The notes below the pieces were generated by a model that was not told where the DNA came from, searched no databases, and saw nothing but the letters and a program-made list of their open reading frames with translations. From contig JBLDXI010000042.1 in assembly GCA_047495785.1 (NCBI GenBank), positions 2,542,001 to 2,606,000 on the forward strand: DNA of 64,000 bases, in the 5' to 3' direction. Below are positions 50,301 through 63,307 of the stretch, piece after piece. Positions within the stretch are counted from its first letter, which is position 1; each line of letters begins with the position of its first letter. The DNA comes from Lepidodermella squamata. Its lineage: Eukaryota > Animalia > Gastrotricha. Position numbers and translations under genes: made by a program.

Positions 50301-53300
50301 CACGAACAATGTAAAATCTATATTATCTGCAAAACAAGATTTCATAGCGGTTATCCTAATTGCAGATTTACCACTACCTTACAAAGTAAAGTTGATGACG
50401 ATTCGGATAAGAGAACCGCCAAAAGATCAACCAATTCCTCTGAATGAAGCCGTGACTCGAAATTTATCGAAAAAGGCCTTGAAACTTTTATCTGGAGCTT
50501 CAGCTGCGTCGCGATATTCCCGTTTTGACGATCCTGTACCACCAGAAGAACAGAAACAGTATATTAAAATGACCTTTTTGACATTCCGTATCTTATGAAT
50601 TTAATTTAGGCTGGACATGGAACGAGAGGAAAGAGATAAAGCTTATATGCACCTCGCGAATCAGGATGCTGAAATTCTTCGAATCGGTAAAGGTCTGGAA
50701 GAGTCGAAGAAACCGCCAATAAAGCTGAACCCGTTGGAGAAGAAATCAGCTTTCGATCGCTATCTCGACCATTTCTATTATCGACCCGATACAAGCGCAG
50801 TTGACCTTGATGCTCCCGAGCGAGAAACGCCCCGGGTTCCGCCTGGCGAGGACAATGCGCTGGAAGCTAAGCAGCCTAAATATTTTCCAACTCCGGAACC
50901 TTCGACATTTTTCTCGAAGCGACGACTGGCCTGCCCGAAGCCGAACTGGATAATCGACCCGGCTGCTTTTATTCCAAACTCTGTACTGGCCAAGCTCATT
51001 TTCCCGCCGCCACCACCTGGCACCGAAGAAAAACCGTGGCGACCGCCGGGTCTTAGTGACGAACAACTTGCTCAAATTAGGGCTCACAATGCTAATGTAA
51101 TTTGATCTTACCTATTGCGTTGTTAGTATATAATTTTAAAAATTATCAGCGGAAAGTTGGTCGCAAGCTGAAATATGGGGACACCGAGAGGTCGTTTCAA
51201 TGGGATGATGAAGAAGATACATCATACAAGCAGGCTTTATTGGATGTGGTAAATACGGAGCCGCCTCCACCGACTCCGGTAATTTATACCCTGAATTTTT
51301 GGTTAAATTTTCACCTTGGTTCTTGTTACCAGCCACCTCCAACACCGCCCCCAGAAGAGCCTAAGAAAGTCGAAGCACCATCACGGCAATCGGAGTATTT
51401 GTCACGGAAACTCCAACCACAGCGGCAAGTCAAGAAATTCGTCAGAATTGTCGAGCCACCACGCGAACCAACCCCGGTTAAAATTCCTACACCTCCTCCT
51501 GCTCCATCTCCTATCCGACAAATAGAGGAGCCTGAAATTGAACTGCCGTCTTACATTACTCAATTCATCGGTCAAACTTGGTTCGATCATTACTTCCCGA
51601 GTCCAACGCCGAGAACTTTCCCGCTGAAGCCTCCATATACCGTGATAGCTTTCACTGATTACATGATGTTGCTGTTAACAAAAGCTCCACCCTCAAAATG
51701 GAATTTGACATCGGGTATTTTAGAATCATTTCTTGTTCTTTTCCGGCAATTCGGAGCGCCTGAGAGTTGCGACCCTGAAACTATCCGACGACTGCTTTTG
51801 AAAATGTTGGATTCAGATAGTCTGGCAATTGGTAATTAAAATAATAGAGCATCTTTCGTTTTACATTAATGGTTTGTTTCCCCAAGATCTTAACGATAAA
51901 GACCATCGACAGTTTGTCTATGGCTGCGCCCACGTTTTCGTAACGTTGAATCTGCTCGACTTTCAAGTTGCGACTGAATTCATGGCGTTTTATTTGATTG
52001 GCAATGACTTCACGCGAGAGCTGATGCTTCAAGAATTTTGCATGGCTGGTATGATGGATCCGAAAAATTATTTCGGAGTGGAAATGGACAGTTGGGACCC
52101 GGCCGGTGGTAAAATGGATGAGATGAACGGTAACCAACAGCTACGCAGGCGGCGGGAATTTCGGAAAACTGCCTTCGAATGGCTCAAGAGGTATAATTTG
52201 GTTCACATGTAGACAGCTAATCATAAAGCATCGTATTTTGTCAGCATACTTGTTAGATTACACGGTAGTTTTGTGAAAATGATCACCCTTAAGCATGAAA
52301 ATTTACACAATTTAATGGCATGCAAATGGTTCAAATTTTGTTTGTTCAGAGAATAAGCCTCTAATTTGTTTAGGTGGACAGCGCGTTTCCGCCGGCACTT
52401 GGAGCGAGCTGTCGCTCGTTTGGTGCAGGGCCAAGCTTTAATTGCTGCTGGAAAGCGACCTCAAGGTGCACGCTCTAATCGACGTGCCACGGGTTTGGTA
52501 AGAAATCTTTCACATTGAGTCGAAAATGTTGTTGAAGTCATTATTTCCGTTTAGCCATCTGTAAGCAGTCGAATGAGCGGCGAAACTCAACTTCAACGAA
52601 CTATTGACACTATGCAAGGTAATTTGGCAAAAACTTAATCGGATCTAATCATCTTCCATGTCTCACAGTTGCGATCCGAGCGGCTCCTGATGTTTCCAAA
52701 ATGCCAATTTCAGCCGTAGAAACAATCAGTAAGTATATTAGCCATGATGAAACTTCGTTTTTTATGCAGATAATTGTTTTTAAGACTATTTTTGTGATGA
52801 AATGGCGGAGAAGGATGCTGCTGCCGTCGCTGCGGAAACAGCCGGAGATCGAAATGCAGTTATCGCTCCTGTTTTACCAGAAGCTAAATTGTCTGAGCAG
52901 AAAATCCGGTTGCCTCGAATCGGCGCACTGCGCTACCATGACTGCAATCCTGAGCGCGAATCATTGTGCTATCCAGACTCTCATTTCGCGGCGAAACCAG
53001 CACGTGGAGCAGTTGGCGCCAGTCAATCGCTGCTCGATGATGATTGGGACCCGCTTCGGTTCACCGCTACTCATCTCCGTCTGCCTACGGCTGTTGTCAA
53101 CATTGAGGGGCCAAATAATATTGATTACAGCCCGATGCCGGCTTCAGCTCAACCGCGACGTGTTCATCCTAACGGTATTTCTAAGAGCTCACCTTTTATA
53201 ATTATGTTTCTTAATTTATTGTATTTTACAGACAAGATCAGCGCATTAATGGAGAGAAACCGCTCGTCTTTTATTTTGTTAACGCTGAAATCTGCACCGA

Positions 53301-53356
53301 AATATTTTTATATGCCTTCGTTGGGCGATTTCGAACCTGAGGGAATTGAGATTTGA
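47381..53356 (+). CDS. WDR97: WD40-repeat protein, WDR97-like (many exons; start approximate)
   Basis: SGHDQIIRIWKIYPF..LSLMSSFFC, DGTIRIWDDFNKLIR, VNGLPNSVAFCSQNGDLLVGLG; Pro-rich C-terminal region. Confidence 0.75.
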
Positions 53357-53796
53357 CAACATATTTCTTTCTATCATTGTGATACGGTTTAGTGTGGCCC
53401 CGACCACCTTGATATTTTCATTAAAACAGAGAGAAAAATTACATTGTTGATGGAATGGAATTCCCTATACCATAGTGTTACTGTTACTGTTAATTATCGC
53501 AAGCTGTCCCGCGAGATTCAGCAAATAGTAGAGTCACCATAGGTGCTGAAGCGCGGCTTTCACGAAAGAGAATCCAGCTATATTTGTTTAGCGCCAGCTC
53601 ATGATCATTAATTCCTACTGACCACTGGCTTTCATAAAACTTGCGGGAAGCGATCAACGTGATGCTGATCACAATTGTGAAATTGGGCTTAGTGAAAATA
53701 AATTGGGTACATTTGCAATAGGTAGTATAGGGAGCGAGTCCACCTCCCATCTTCCCTCCCGGTCCCCTTGCAACCGCGTAAGCGAACACGGAGTGT

Positions 53797-53877
53797 GTGT
53801 GTCGGCCATGGTGGCTCAAAGGTTAGAGCCGTGCCTTCTCAGAAATGCAGCCCGGGTTCAATCCCCGGGAACGACAC
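53797..53877 (+). mobile_element. tRNA-derived element (SINE head or tRNA pseudogene)
   Basis: A-box/D-arm TGGCTCAAAGGTTAGAGC; T-arm CCGGG-TTCAATC-CCCGG; anticodon and acceptor stems are defective. Confidence 0.65.
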
Positions 53878-55885
53878 TTTTCGAGCACTCGTGTAGCGCG
53901 TTACAGGTAGAATCTCGGCTAGCAAGGTAGAATAGTGCGCTTGTTCGCCGGCACACACGAACGACCTTGGCCGAAGACAAATGCAAACTGACCTCCCCTC
54001 ATACTCTGTGGGATATTGGAACGACTATTTCGGCAAAATATAATGTTGCAATTCGTTATCAAGAGACCAGTAATTAAGTAATCTTGCTGTCAACTCATTC
54101 AATCTTGGCCGGAAAGAAACGAGAATTGTGGGGCAAACAAGCGCCCAAATTGCGTAACGTAACTTGGGCTAACTTTGTCGTAACGTTTTACTTTCCAGCG
54201 TTCATCAGTCAATCAGTAAATCAAATATATACCTGACCTGATAGATTAATGAACATGCCGAGCAAGCGCAGGCAATCCGCTATCAAGATTGAGGCGTCAG
54301 GCACCAGGAACTAGGAACCAGAAATCCGAAACCAGGAGCAACGGTCGAAGCGGAACAAAAAAATATAATTACCATGCGGCTAATAACCACTGCTTTTTCA
54401 TTTAAGAAATTGTGACATGTAATAAAGAATGGGATTTGTATTCAATTTATATTTATTTTATAATTCTTGCGACCTTGAGGTTTTACGCAAGTCGGACCGA
54501 TTTTTTCAGGGGCGCGCGATAAGGAAGAAGACCGAGGTGAATCGTTCGTGTCCTTTTCTTGCTTGTAGGTCAAGCCTCAGCGTCTGTGGAGCAGGGCGTG
54601 TCACCGAAGCTTCAATATTTGTAACGCAAGTTTTTATCTTAACAGAATGCGTTTTGCGCTGTTCAATGATAAGAGAAGAGCTTTGCTACAGCGCCTCAGT
54701 TTCACTTATTATTCTTCTTTCACTCGTATCAAGTTGTGCTACATTTTCTATTGCTTTCGTTGTTATTTCAATATTTTACCACTGTTATTTCCTCAGTCAA
54801 ATTGTCAAAATCTCACCTCTCACCTCTCACTTGGTAGTTATTAGTTAACAATTGGTAACCAATTTCGTGTTTCAATCAAAATTACTGAATGCCAGTTGTA
54901 ATTCGCGTGTTTGAGGATTGAAAGTCGAGCTTATCAATGTTGACGAATTATGACCTATAAATTTTTCTCCTATAACGTCATCATTTCGCACATTTCTGTT
55001 GAGCTGCTCACGGAGAGCCACCTCTGAATCGGAATTTGAATTCAACGATGAACGAGTTGCACCTGTTAGTTATCGATTATTATTCTTGTACCATCTCAGT
55101 TCGAAAATGAAAGTGACTTTGGCTAACACCTGGAATCTGGACGGCTTAACAATCGACAAAGGCTTTTAGGTTATGTGCAGTTGAAGCCTGTTGGCAACAG
55201 GCAATTCATGATTCCAATGGTTGTCATTCGCATTGACAACGGGATATTATTAATTACTTGGGAACGACAGCACCTGTTGGTAAAATGGCAATTTTGAAGC
55301 TGCGCTCCGTTCAAAGTGCGCAAAGTAACACAGCTTAATTGTTTACCACATGAGTTCCTGTTGATCAACATCATCAGTGCTGACGCGCCCCAAGTGAAAA
55401 CAGAATGAAAATGCAATTTTTGATTTTACAATTCGCTGGAAACATTTGTTCTGGTTCCTTGGCTTAGCTGGGTTTTATTCCAGGCAGCAGTCAACTTAAT
55501 AGGCTTTCGATGTTAGGTTGACAAATTTAGTTGAAAAATGCCTACCACGTGGTTGCTCTATGGCTATTTGATGGGTAGGCGAGGTCTGAGGGAGCTTTAC
55601 ATAATGTTTCAGCGTCTGCTATAGTAATAACATTCAATAGTTTATTAAGAGCACCGCAATATATCCACGCTCTACTAGATGCTCGTCCCTTACTTTAATT
55701 GCTCTAAATATCAACTAAACGCACGTAATCCAATTTTGCTGTATTATTGCAGTGATGAATCACCTCAAGTCTTTTTTAGCTGATCAGTATGTGCACTAGA
55801 GTATGATGTCTAAACATTGGCGTTGAAATATTCTTTCTTCTCAGTCCATAGGCCAATTTATACAAATCAATTGTGATTAATTAAG

Positions 55886-56750
55886 ATGATTAAAGTTTTC
55901 GCACTCGCTTGCATATTGGTAAGTTGCTATATTTTCAAATGGAGCATTATTCAAATTTATTGTCATCCAGCTTGCGGGTTTGGCTAACGCCCAGTCGGAT
56001 GCCACTACAACCCAGGCCCCAACAACAGCCGCTGCCACGACTGCTGCTGCAACAACTGCCGCTCCCACAACCGCCGCGCCTACCACAGCGGCTGCGACAA
56101 CCCAGGCTGCCACCACGATGGCACCGACGACTGCTGCGCCCAAGCCTGATAACAAATTCGTCCTGACCAACGCCTCAGGCGACGCTTGTGTCGTTTTCAT
56201 CGCTCAGTACTTCAACGTAACGGCGATGGATTGCAATGGCATCAGCGGCAGCTGGCTTATTAATACCAATGATACTACGGTCAAGGGAGAATGCGAAGCA
56301 GACTTCAACTTCATGAAGATTCTTGATGAAAAGCGCAACGTTCAGGTTTGGTTCAACTTCACAAAGACTGGTAGCAGTAACAACAACTTCCACATCGGAA
56401 ATGCCGCTGTCGCTTTCGGCCCGGTAGATGATCCTAAATGCGTGAATACGCTCAGCAAGGTCACTACTGATATGCGTGCACCCGAGAGCAGCGTTTACCG
56501 CTGCAACGCTGAGAAATCTATCGTTTTCGACAACTCCACCATCTACCTGTCCGGTGTCAAAGTGCAAGCCTTCCACGAAGGCAAGAGCACCGACTTGAGT
56601 GGTATCGATGAGTACATCTGCATGGAAGACTCCGAGGTGTCCAACATCGTCCCAATCGCCGTCGGTTGTGCCCTGGCTGGTCTCATCGTCATTGTGCTCA
56701 TCGCCTACATCATCGGCCGGTTGCGCCGCCGCCCGTACGAGCCTGTGTAA
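55886..56750 (+). CDS. LAMP: LAMP-family lysosomal membrane glycoprotein (mucin repeat plus single LAMP domain)
   Basis: Signal peptide split by intron 55919-55970; TTAAP/A repeats; SVYRCN...VKVQAF...C..D; TM IVPIAVGCALAGLIVIVLIAYIIG; tail RRRPYEPV. Confidence 0.92.
56005..56140 (+). repeat. 15-nt coding minisatellite (TT[A/Q/M]A[P/A])x9
   Basis: Visible in the translation; mucin-type O-glycosylation stalk. Confidence 0.85.
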
Positions 56751-58116
56751 TCGTCATCTAAACCCGTCTACCTTAATATTCGTTCTAAAAGCTTAGATTA
56801 GTTTGTCTTCACTTCAACTTCTTCACTACATTGTACATACAAAAAATGAGTTGCTACTAATTTGTCCCATGTCTCATTCGTGAAAAATGATAATTATGAA
56901 ATAATTATGTAAAAATGCGGCTGTGCATCTACTTTCGGAACAAAGGCAAACCGTTGATTGCACGCGCTGCTATATGTGTAAAACAAAATAATGAATCGTG
57001 TTTAATGACAAAACAAAACCCTGTGCAGGGCGTGATTTCATCACGTCTGTTGCATTTTACCTGCTGTGTATTATTATTATTATATTACTACTACAATTTT
57101 GATTGGAAAAAATGAAAATAAACTAGTGAAGATAGAAAGCGTCCTTACTTTTGTTTTGGAAACTAACACAACCCGCACTAAAATTCTCGTTTTTATCGTC
57201 GAAGATTTTAGTAGTGCTAATTATAACTTGGAACATGCTACTGTGATTCAAATAGGCCAGTATATGTTAATCCTAAGCAAACGCAGCTTCGATCGCCTAT
57301 AATTACAAGTGTCGCAGTCGCTAATTTTTGTTGCTATAATAGCACCGGAAAAATTCTTACGCGGTGCGTCTTTCAAAATGTGCATTTTCGTTGGAAAACC
57401 GAAAATTCGACAGAAAAAACGTCTAATTCCTTGTTTTATCTTGCTCGTAAAAACAATATTGTAAGTTGAAAAACATGCGCCTTAAAGCTAATCCTTGGCT
57501 ATTTTTCTGCTTCGTCAATTTTTCGACTTTGAAAGTCGTTCTAATTATTAAACAGTGCAAATTTTCGAAATGATGAGCTGACTTGATGATGAGTGTTTGA
57601 GTGCTTCGTACACGGCCATTTTCTGGGTCCCTTGCATTCTGTACCGCTTCATGACCTTTTATGAAAAGGGTAACGGATAGCTGTTAATTGCGTAACGTGG
57701 CTCGATTCGCGATGAAGAAAAACATTGATTATATATAACAAGCTTCGCCGCGGAAACAATTGAAAAAACCTTTACTATTATCCACTCAGTAGAATTACAC
57801 GAAGTTTTTTGCTACCACCTAAAACAACAATCTACAAGAACTTAACATGTGTAGTAATGAATTATATCGTGAATATGCTACATGTATTACTTAATGCTGT
57901 GAATGAGGATGACGATATACGGCGATGCGATTGTGGTGGAAATAAAACGCGAAATGAAAACTGGGTTCTTATGAGTGTTTAAACTCGGAAAGATCACTGG
58001 AACTGAAACAGCTGTCTAGCCATTAAACCGGCTATTACTGTCAGAAAAACGAAAAAGCAGATGTCGAAAATGCTTCGTTCAAATACTGCACTAATAATTT
58101 TCTTTTCATCGACGCT

Positions 58117-59031
58117 ATGAAGGCAAAAATAGGCTTAGTTTTTTTAGCGTCGCTGATTTTCAATGCGGTAGATTTTTCGACTTAGTCACGTGTGTTCATT
58201 AAATTCATTTCACTCCAGGTTGAAGTTTTGTGCGAGACTTCGTGCGTTTGGGCGCAATTTTCCGCCAGATTCCAGTTACAAAGTTTAAATCCAACCATTC
58301 CGTCAGAGGTCAGAACTTTGTACCCTGCCTACGTGTCTCCATTTTTTACCTTACATCTTCAAGGGCTTTTATTTCAAAGTGGATTCACTAGGGCCAATCG
58401 AGACAAAAGTTATCGCAATTTGCAAAGAAGATAGCGCAATGCTGGAGATAACACGACCGCCGATACATCAATTCACGCTGGCTTTTCACCTAGCTCGGCG
58501 CACTATCTTTCTTCGTCACTTATCATTGGAATACGAACTTAAAAACGATTCTCGATTCCCAAAAGGCGCAAGTAATAATCGATTTTCTGTATTTTTTTGC
58601 ATTCATAATTTTATTCTTCAGGGGTGAGGGCCAAACAGGATTTTCATGGCGGTATCATGTTGGCTAAAGATGATGGTTACTACACATGCAGTAACCCTTT
58701 CGATGAGGAATCGGTCCAACTTGCAGTGGACGGAAATTTGTCAGGAAATTACAAAGCTTTTATTAACTTGTCCAATGTGACATTTCAAGTTTTTTCGAAC
58801 GCGATGATAAGCGGCAGTGACAGTGAGTTTCAGGGCCACAGATACCCGTGCGCAACGGACCAAGATAACGAGGAGAAAGCAAAACGCAAAAGCCCTCGGT
58901 TTGTGTCGGTCGGTGCGCTGGCGTTGATAGTTGCGCTAGGCTTGGTGCTCGGCGTGGTTAGCTTTCTCGCCATCGTTATCGCCATTCGCCAACACCGACA
59001 GAAGTCGCGCTATCAACAGATGCCCGAATAA
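58117..59031 (+). CDS. Second, divergent LAMP-family paralogue (4 exons)
   Basis: MKAKIGLVFLASLIFNA|..SCVWAQFSARF..GYYTCSN..NVTFQVF..CATD; TM; tail SRYQQMPE. Confidence 0.75.
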
Positions 59032-59843
59032 GCGTTGCGTGGGCTACTTCGTGCATGAATAAATAACACAACAAACTGACGAGAAGCTGGTGGTTTTTTC
59101 GTCTACTTTCAATTAAAAGCACCAACACGGTGAAAAGATAATTTTGTACTATGAGCATTCTATGCCGAAATCAACTAAAGTTTCTTATCAATTAGTACGA
59201 CACCGATAAATGGGGAAATTAATACGAAATTATTAGTAATTCCACTGTGATGAGAAAATACCTCGAAATGTGTCGAACAATGAGACGAGTATTTCATCCC
59301 GACAGGTGAGCAAACTTTCGTGGCAAGTCTCGCCGATGAATCAGGCTGAAACTCATCGTTTTTATCTCTAATCAAGTAGGTCAAACATCGAGTACAAATG
59401 CTAAGACATTTTTTGATCTGTCCTCAAAAATTATCGCAGCGTAAATCCTTAACCTAAAAAGGCCTCAAATCGATTAATATCCATTGTTGCAAAATAAAAA
59501 AAACGAGGATATTACCCAAAATGGTGAAACTTTATTAACAGCAGTCAGATTTCATCTTCACAGCATTAAATTGCAACAAATGAACGTTGAAAGCTAGCCA
59601 CATAAGCTGCACCCTTCGACACCCATTGCGCAAGCCACCGTAATTATTTCATTTTGAAGAGGTCACGCGGCGGTAAATTTGTTTTTTTTCTACAAACCAA
59701 CAACGATGAAAGGATTGAACAAATATCGCACTAAATGATTTTACGCGCAGTCTCACACATCACACGAAGTCAATTATTATACAGTTTATGTTGTGTCTTT
59801 TTATGCGAAGAATGAGCATGATGGTTATGATTTTTTTCGAAGA

Positions 59844-62800
59844 CTAACGAGATTCGCTGCGAATCAAGTACTCGGGCATTCGTTCAGGAGTCGCCGTCGG
59901 GTCGTAGTTTTGCGCCTTCAGCACCTCGCGGCATAGGCGGAATAGGCAAGTCGGTTTCGTGAATTGGTTATCCACCAGATTGACCAGGCAATAGTTATCG
60001 TGAATATAACGCAGCAATTGATGCGAAGTCGAGTCATTCGGGTACAAATCGGCCCAGACGTTGAGCCAGATCGAGAACGCCTCGTCTTTCCACACGCGAA
60101 ACGCAACTGGGTCGACAACTGTCGGCTGAACGATTTCGCGGCCAGGGAACACGCCCCACGTTACGGCAATCGGCTGTAACTCGTCGCTATTGGTCAGATC
60201 AATCGATAGGCTGGCGTCGATGATGTGATAGTTAACGAGGGGATGACGAGCGAGAGCGTTCAGCAGCAGGGGAATGTAAGCTTTTGGCATGAAGAATTCC
60301 AAGTACGCCTTTTGATAGCAAATGCCATTTTCAGCTCCCTATATCAACAAAATATAACATTTTAATGAATAAGCATGAAAATGAAGAAATAATGTAAACT
60401 TGGAACTAAATGAAATTAGCTTATAGGTTGGGGAAACCTATCGTAAGTGAAAATATGTTAAATTCCGGACGATTTCGATGGTATGCCCAACAGGGCTGCA
60501 GTGTTTTCTTCCCACCGCCGGCTCCAAAATTTCTCAAGTCCAGTCCTTTTCACGAATCAGTAGACAACAAATGTGATGCGTATTGGCACATGAAAGACAT
60601 GCCTTATCGAGGACCCTATGGACCTTAATGGCGTCATATCGAATAAAGAAGGTGTAAAATGTGAGAACTGAGTGTATTTTTAAGGCGTGCGGAAGAAGGG
60701 ATTTTCATTATCCCTTCATTTTATTTGATGCCGATTTCTCCTCGTTCAACTCCCCATTTTACCCCAGTTTCCGCACCGATCTACCAGGCCGCACCGATGA
60801 TGCCATCAATTATCGCGCTCGTAAACATTTGCGTACCAATTTTTACTCATTGATGCACTAATCTTAATCGCATTTTCACTATTTCATTCTGCCATTTTTT
60901 GTTTTCATCGATTTCTCAAACAAACTCGTGTTGTATTTCAATTTTTGAAAAAAATAAATCCAGTTGACTGATATTTTCCTATTGTTTTTGCCAGTTACAA
61001 ATTCAGGTATTACGGCGCTATAATAAGCAGCTATAATATTCAATTTTTCAATTTTTTCGAAAGCAGTCGTCACTAATTAATCACAATTTTATACTTGATT
61101 TCCTGAATGATGAGCTTTCCCAAATTGCCTACTGGATTTTGCTGGGTTGAAATAGATGGCATATGATGAAAATAGAAAAAGCGGTGGGGCATGCCAGGGC
61201 ACAAGCCGAGCTGAAATCTAGCATCGGCATCAAAAATGAAAAACGACCGAAGATGGTCCCGAGTTCGCGCTCAGCGGATGCTGGACCTCATTGAAAACGA
61301 GTACGGAAATATGAACACCCTGGAACAACTTTCAGCGACCTAGGCAGTTTTTCCGCCGCAGATTCAGCTACCTTACAAGAGGTCCTCGACAACCTGGTTG
61401 GCGACCAAGCCGGCACGGAACCCGAGGTTGATCGCTAAAACACTGGAACCGTAATCGCCAAAAGTAAGGACAGCAAGGACAGAAAAACCAGTGATTGTCG
61501 AGCAGTCAATTTCCCTCGGTAAGGATGGCTCAAATTGGACAAATATCTATTCATGGTATCGCTTAGGTATCATATCTTTGAAACTGTATTGTCAGCTACG
61601 ACCCCTCATCGAATACATAGCAAGGACCAGAAATACGTAAAAAAGGGATTTGGAAAGGAAACCGGGTTCCCTCTCACTAATTACGATTTGTCTCCACTAG
61701 TTCAAATATTATTTAACGAGAAAAACTCACCCAACCAAGAACCGGATCACTCGAATCAATGCCATTAACATTCGGCTGGCTGTTGATCGTCAACATGCCG
61801 CTGCTGTTCAACGCAATCAGATCTGTCGAGATGAGACTCGTTTCCTCGGCCAAATTCTCCGTCTCGCTCCACGGCAGCCGGCTCACCTTCGCGCCCTGCT
61901 TATTCGCCATGCCCGCAATGAAGCGTACAAACACGTCCCAGACGTCCCGCTCCGTATCCAATGTTTCACCCCACATTGCTAACATGTTTTTCGATGAATC
62001 ATCCGAAGTATCCAAATGGCGAATGTAGAACGCGTGGTGGTTGAAATCGCCAAAAGCAGCCGCATTTGAGTCACCTTAAAATTTCAAGTTTCAATATTTT
62101 GATCATTTTTGAAAATTTTACTCACCCCATCGACCGTTCGGAAACTCGTCCCAGTTCAGAGTTCGATAAACGTAGCTGCGAGGGTGATTTGACCAGAAAA
62201 TAGGCCGGACTTCTTCCTTTCCTTTCCGCGAAGGATTCGCTGTTTGTTGCTTCCACGGTAATAACGGGCGTTGAACCCGCTCATCACGCCATAAGCCTAA
62301 CTGTTTAACAATATTTATCGTTGCAACGTCTCGATTGAGCGTGTAGAAATGCAGGCCGAATACGACGCCACTCGCCAGCAGTTCTCGACACATTTTCACC
62401 GCATAGTCGATGCCGAATTTACGAATCGCTTCGTCATTCTGTTTATTCGCCTCAATAACAGCCATCGCATCTTCAGGCAGCTCGGATTTCGCTAGAGCGG
62501 TTATCTGCCTTAACGACTGATACGCCTGGATAGGGAATATGCCTGGAATAATCGGGCAGGTGATTCCCAAGTTGCGGCAATCTCTGACAAAAACCAAATA
62601 ATCTTCAACTTTGAAGAACAGCTGAGTGATGATCAAATTAGCGCCAGCGTCGATTTTCTCCTTAAGGTGCATCAAATCTTCTTCGTAGCTATTTGAGTCA
62701 GGGTGGCCACGAGGAGGCGGGTAGCCAGCGACTGCGATAACCATCTCGTGGGATGTCGGAAATTCTTGGCGGATGAAACGAACAAACTCAGCGGCGTAAT

Positions 62801-62965
62801 TCACATCGCCGGCATCCTTCACCCACTTGCGGCCTTGAGGCGGATCACCGCGTAGCGCCATTATATTGGAAATGCCGTAGTTTTTCGCTTGTTGCAACAC
62901 CGATCGCAACTGGCCGATTTTCTGGCCGTAGCATGTGATGTGAAGCATCGACTCCATACCGCAGT
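59844..62965 (-). CDS. MTHFR: Methylenetetrahydrofolate reductase (5' exons outside the window)
   Basis: MLHITC, NIMALRGDPP, VAGYP, IITQLFF, GLHFYTLN, WDEFPNGRWG, TINSQPNVNG, VTWGVFPGREIVQPTVVDP. Confidence 0.97.
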
Positions 62966-63307
62966 CTATAAGCAGAAATCAGAAGCATTATTAAGAGCAA
63001 AATAATACAAAATTCTCTCAATTTCTACCTAATTATAATTTCAATTTGTCGATACTGGGGCTTCAATATCTAACATCTCAACCAATAATGTGGATGATAT
63101 CCTCGAAAACGTTTTTCGGTTTATCATTTTCTTTAAAATGTTAAAATCAAATAGAGACCAGTATTTCCCAAGTTACCCTGACTTGTATTCCTACTTATCC
63201 ATCTCAGATAAGACATACGAGATTCCGTGATTTAACTAGCCCCGTGGTTAACCATCTGGCCGGGGTCGAATCCGGTGGTTAACCAAAACTGACTCTCAAA
63301 TTCTCTC

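Noticed and set aside
52190-52372. Possible H/ACA snoRNA in an enlarged WDR97 intron
   Set aside because: Weak hairpins and the H box overlaps the stem; needs snoGPS or Infernal.
55752-55830. C/D'/C'-like boxes upstream of LAMP
   Set aside because: Terminal box is TTGA rather than CTGA and no rRNA complementarity was recognised.
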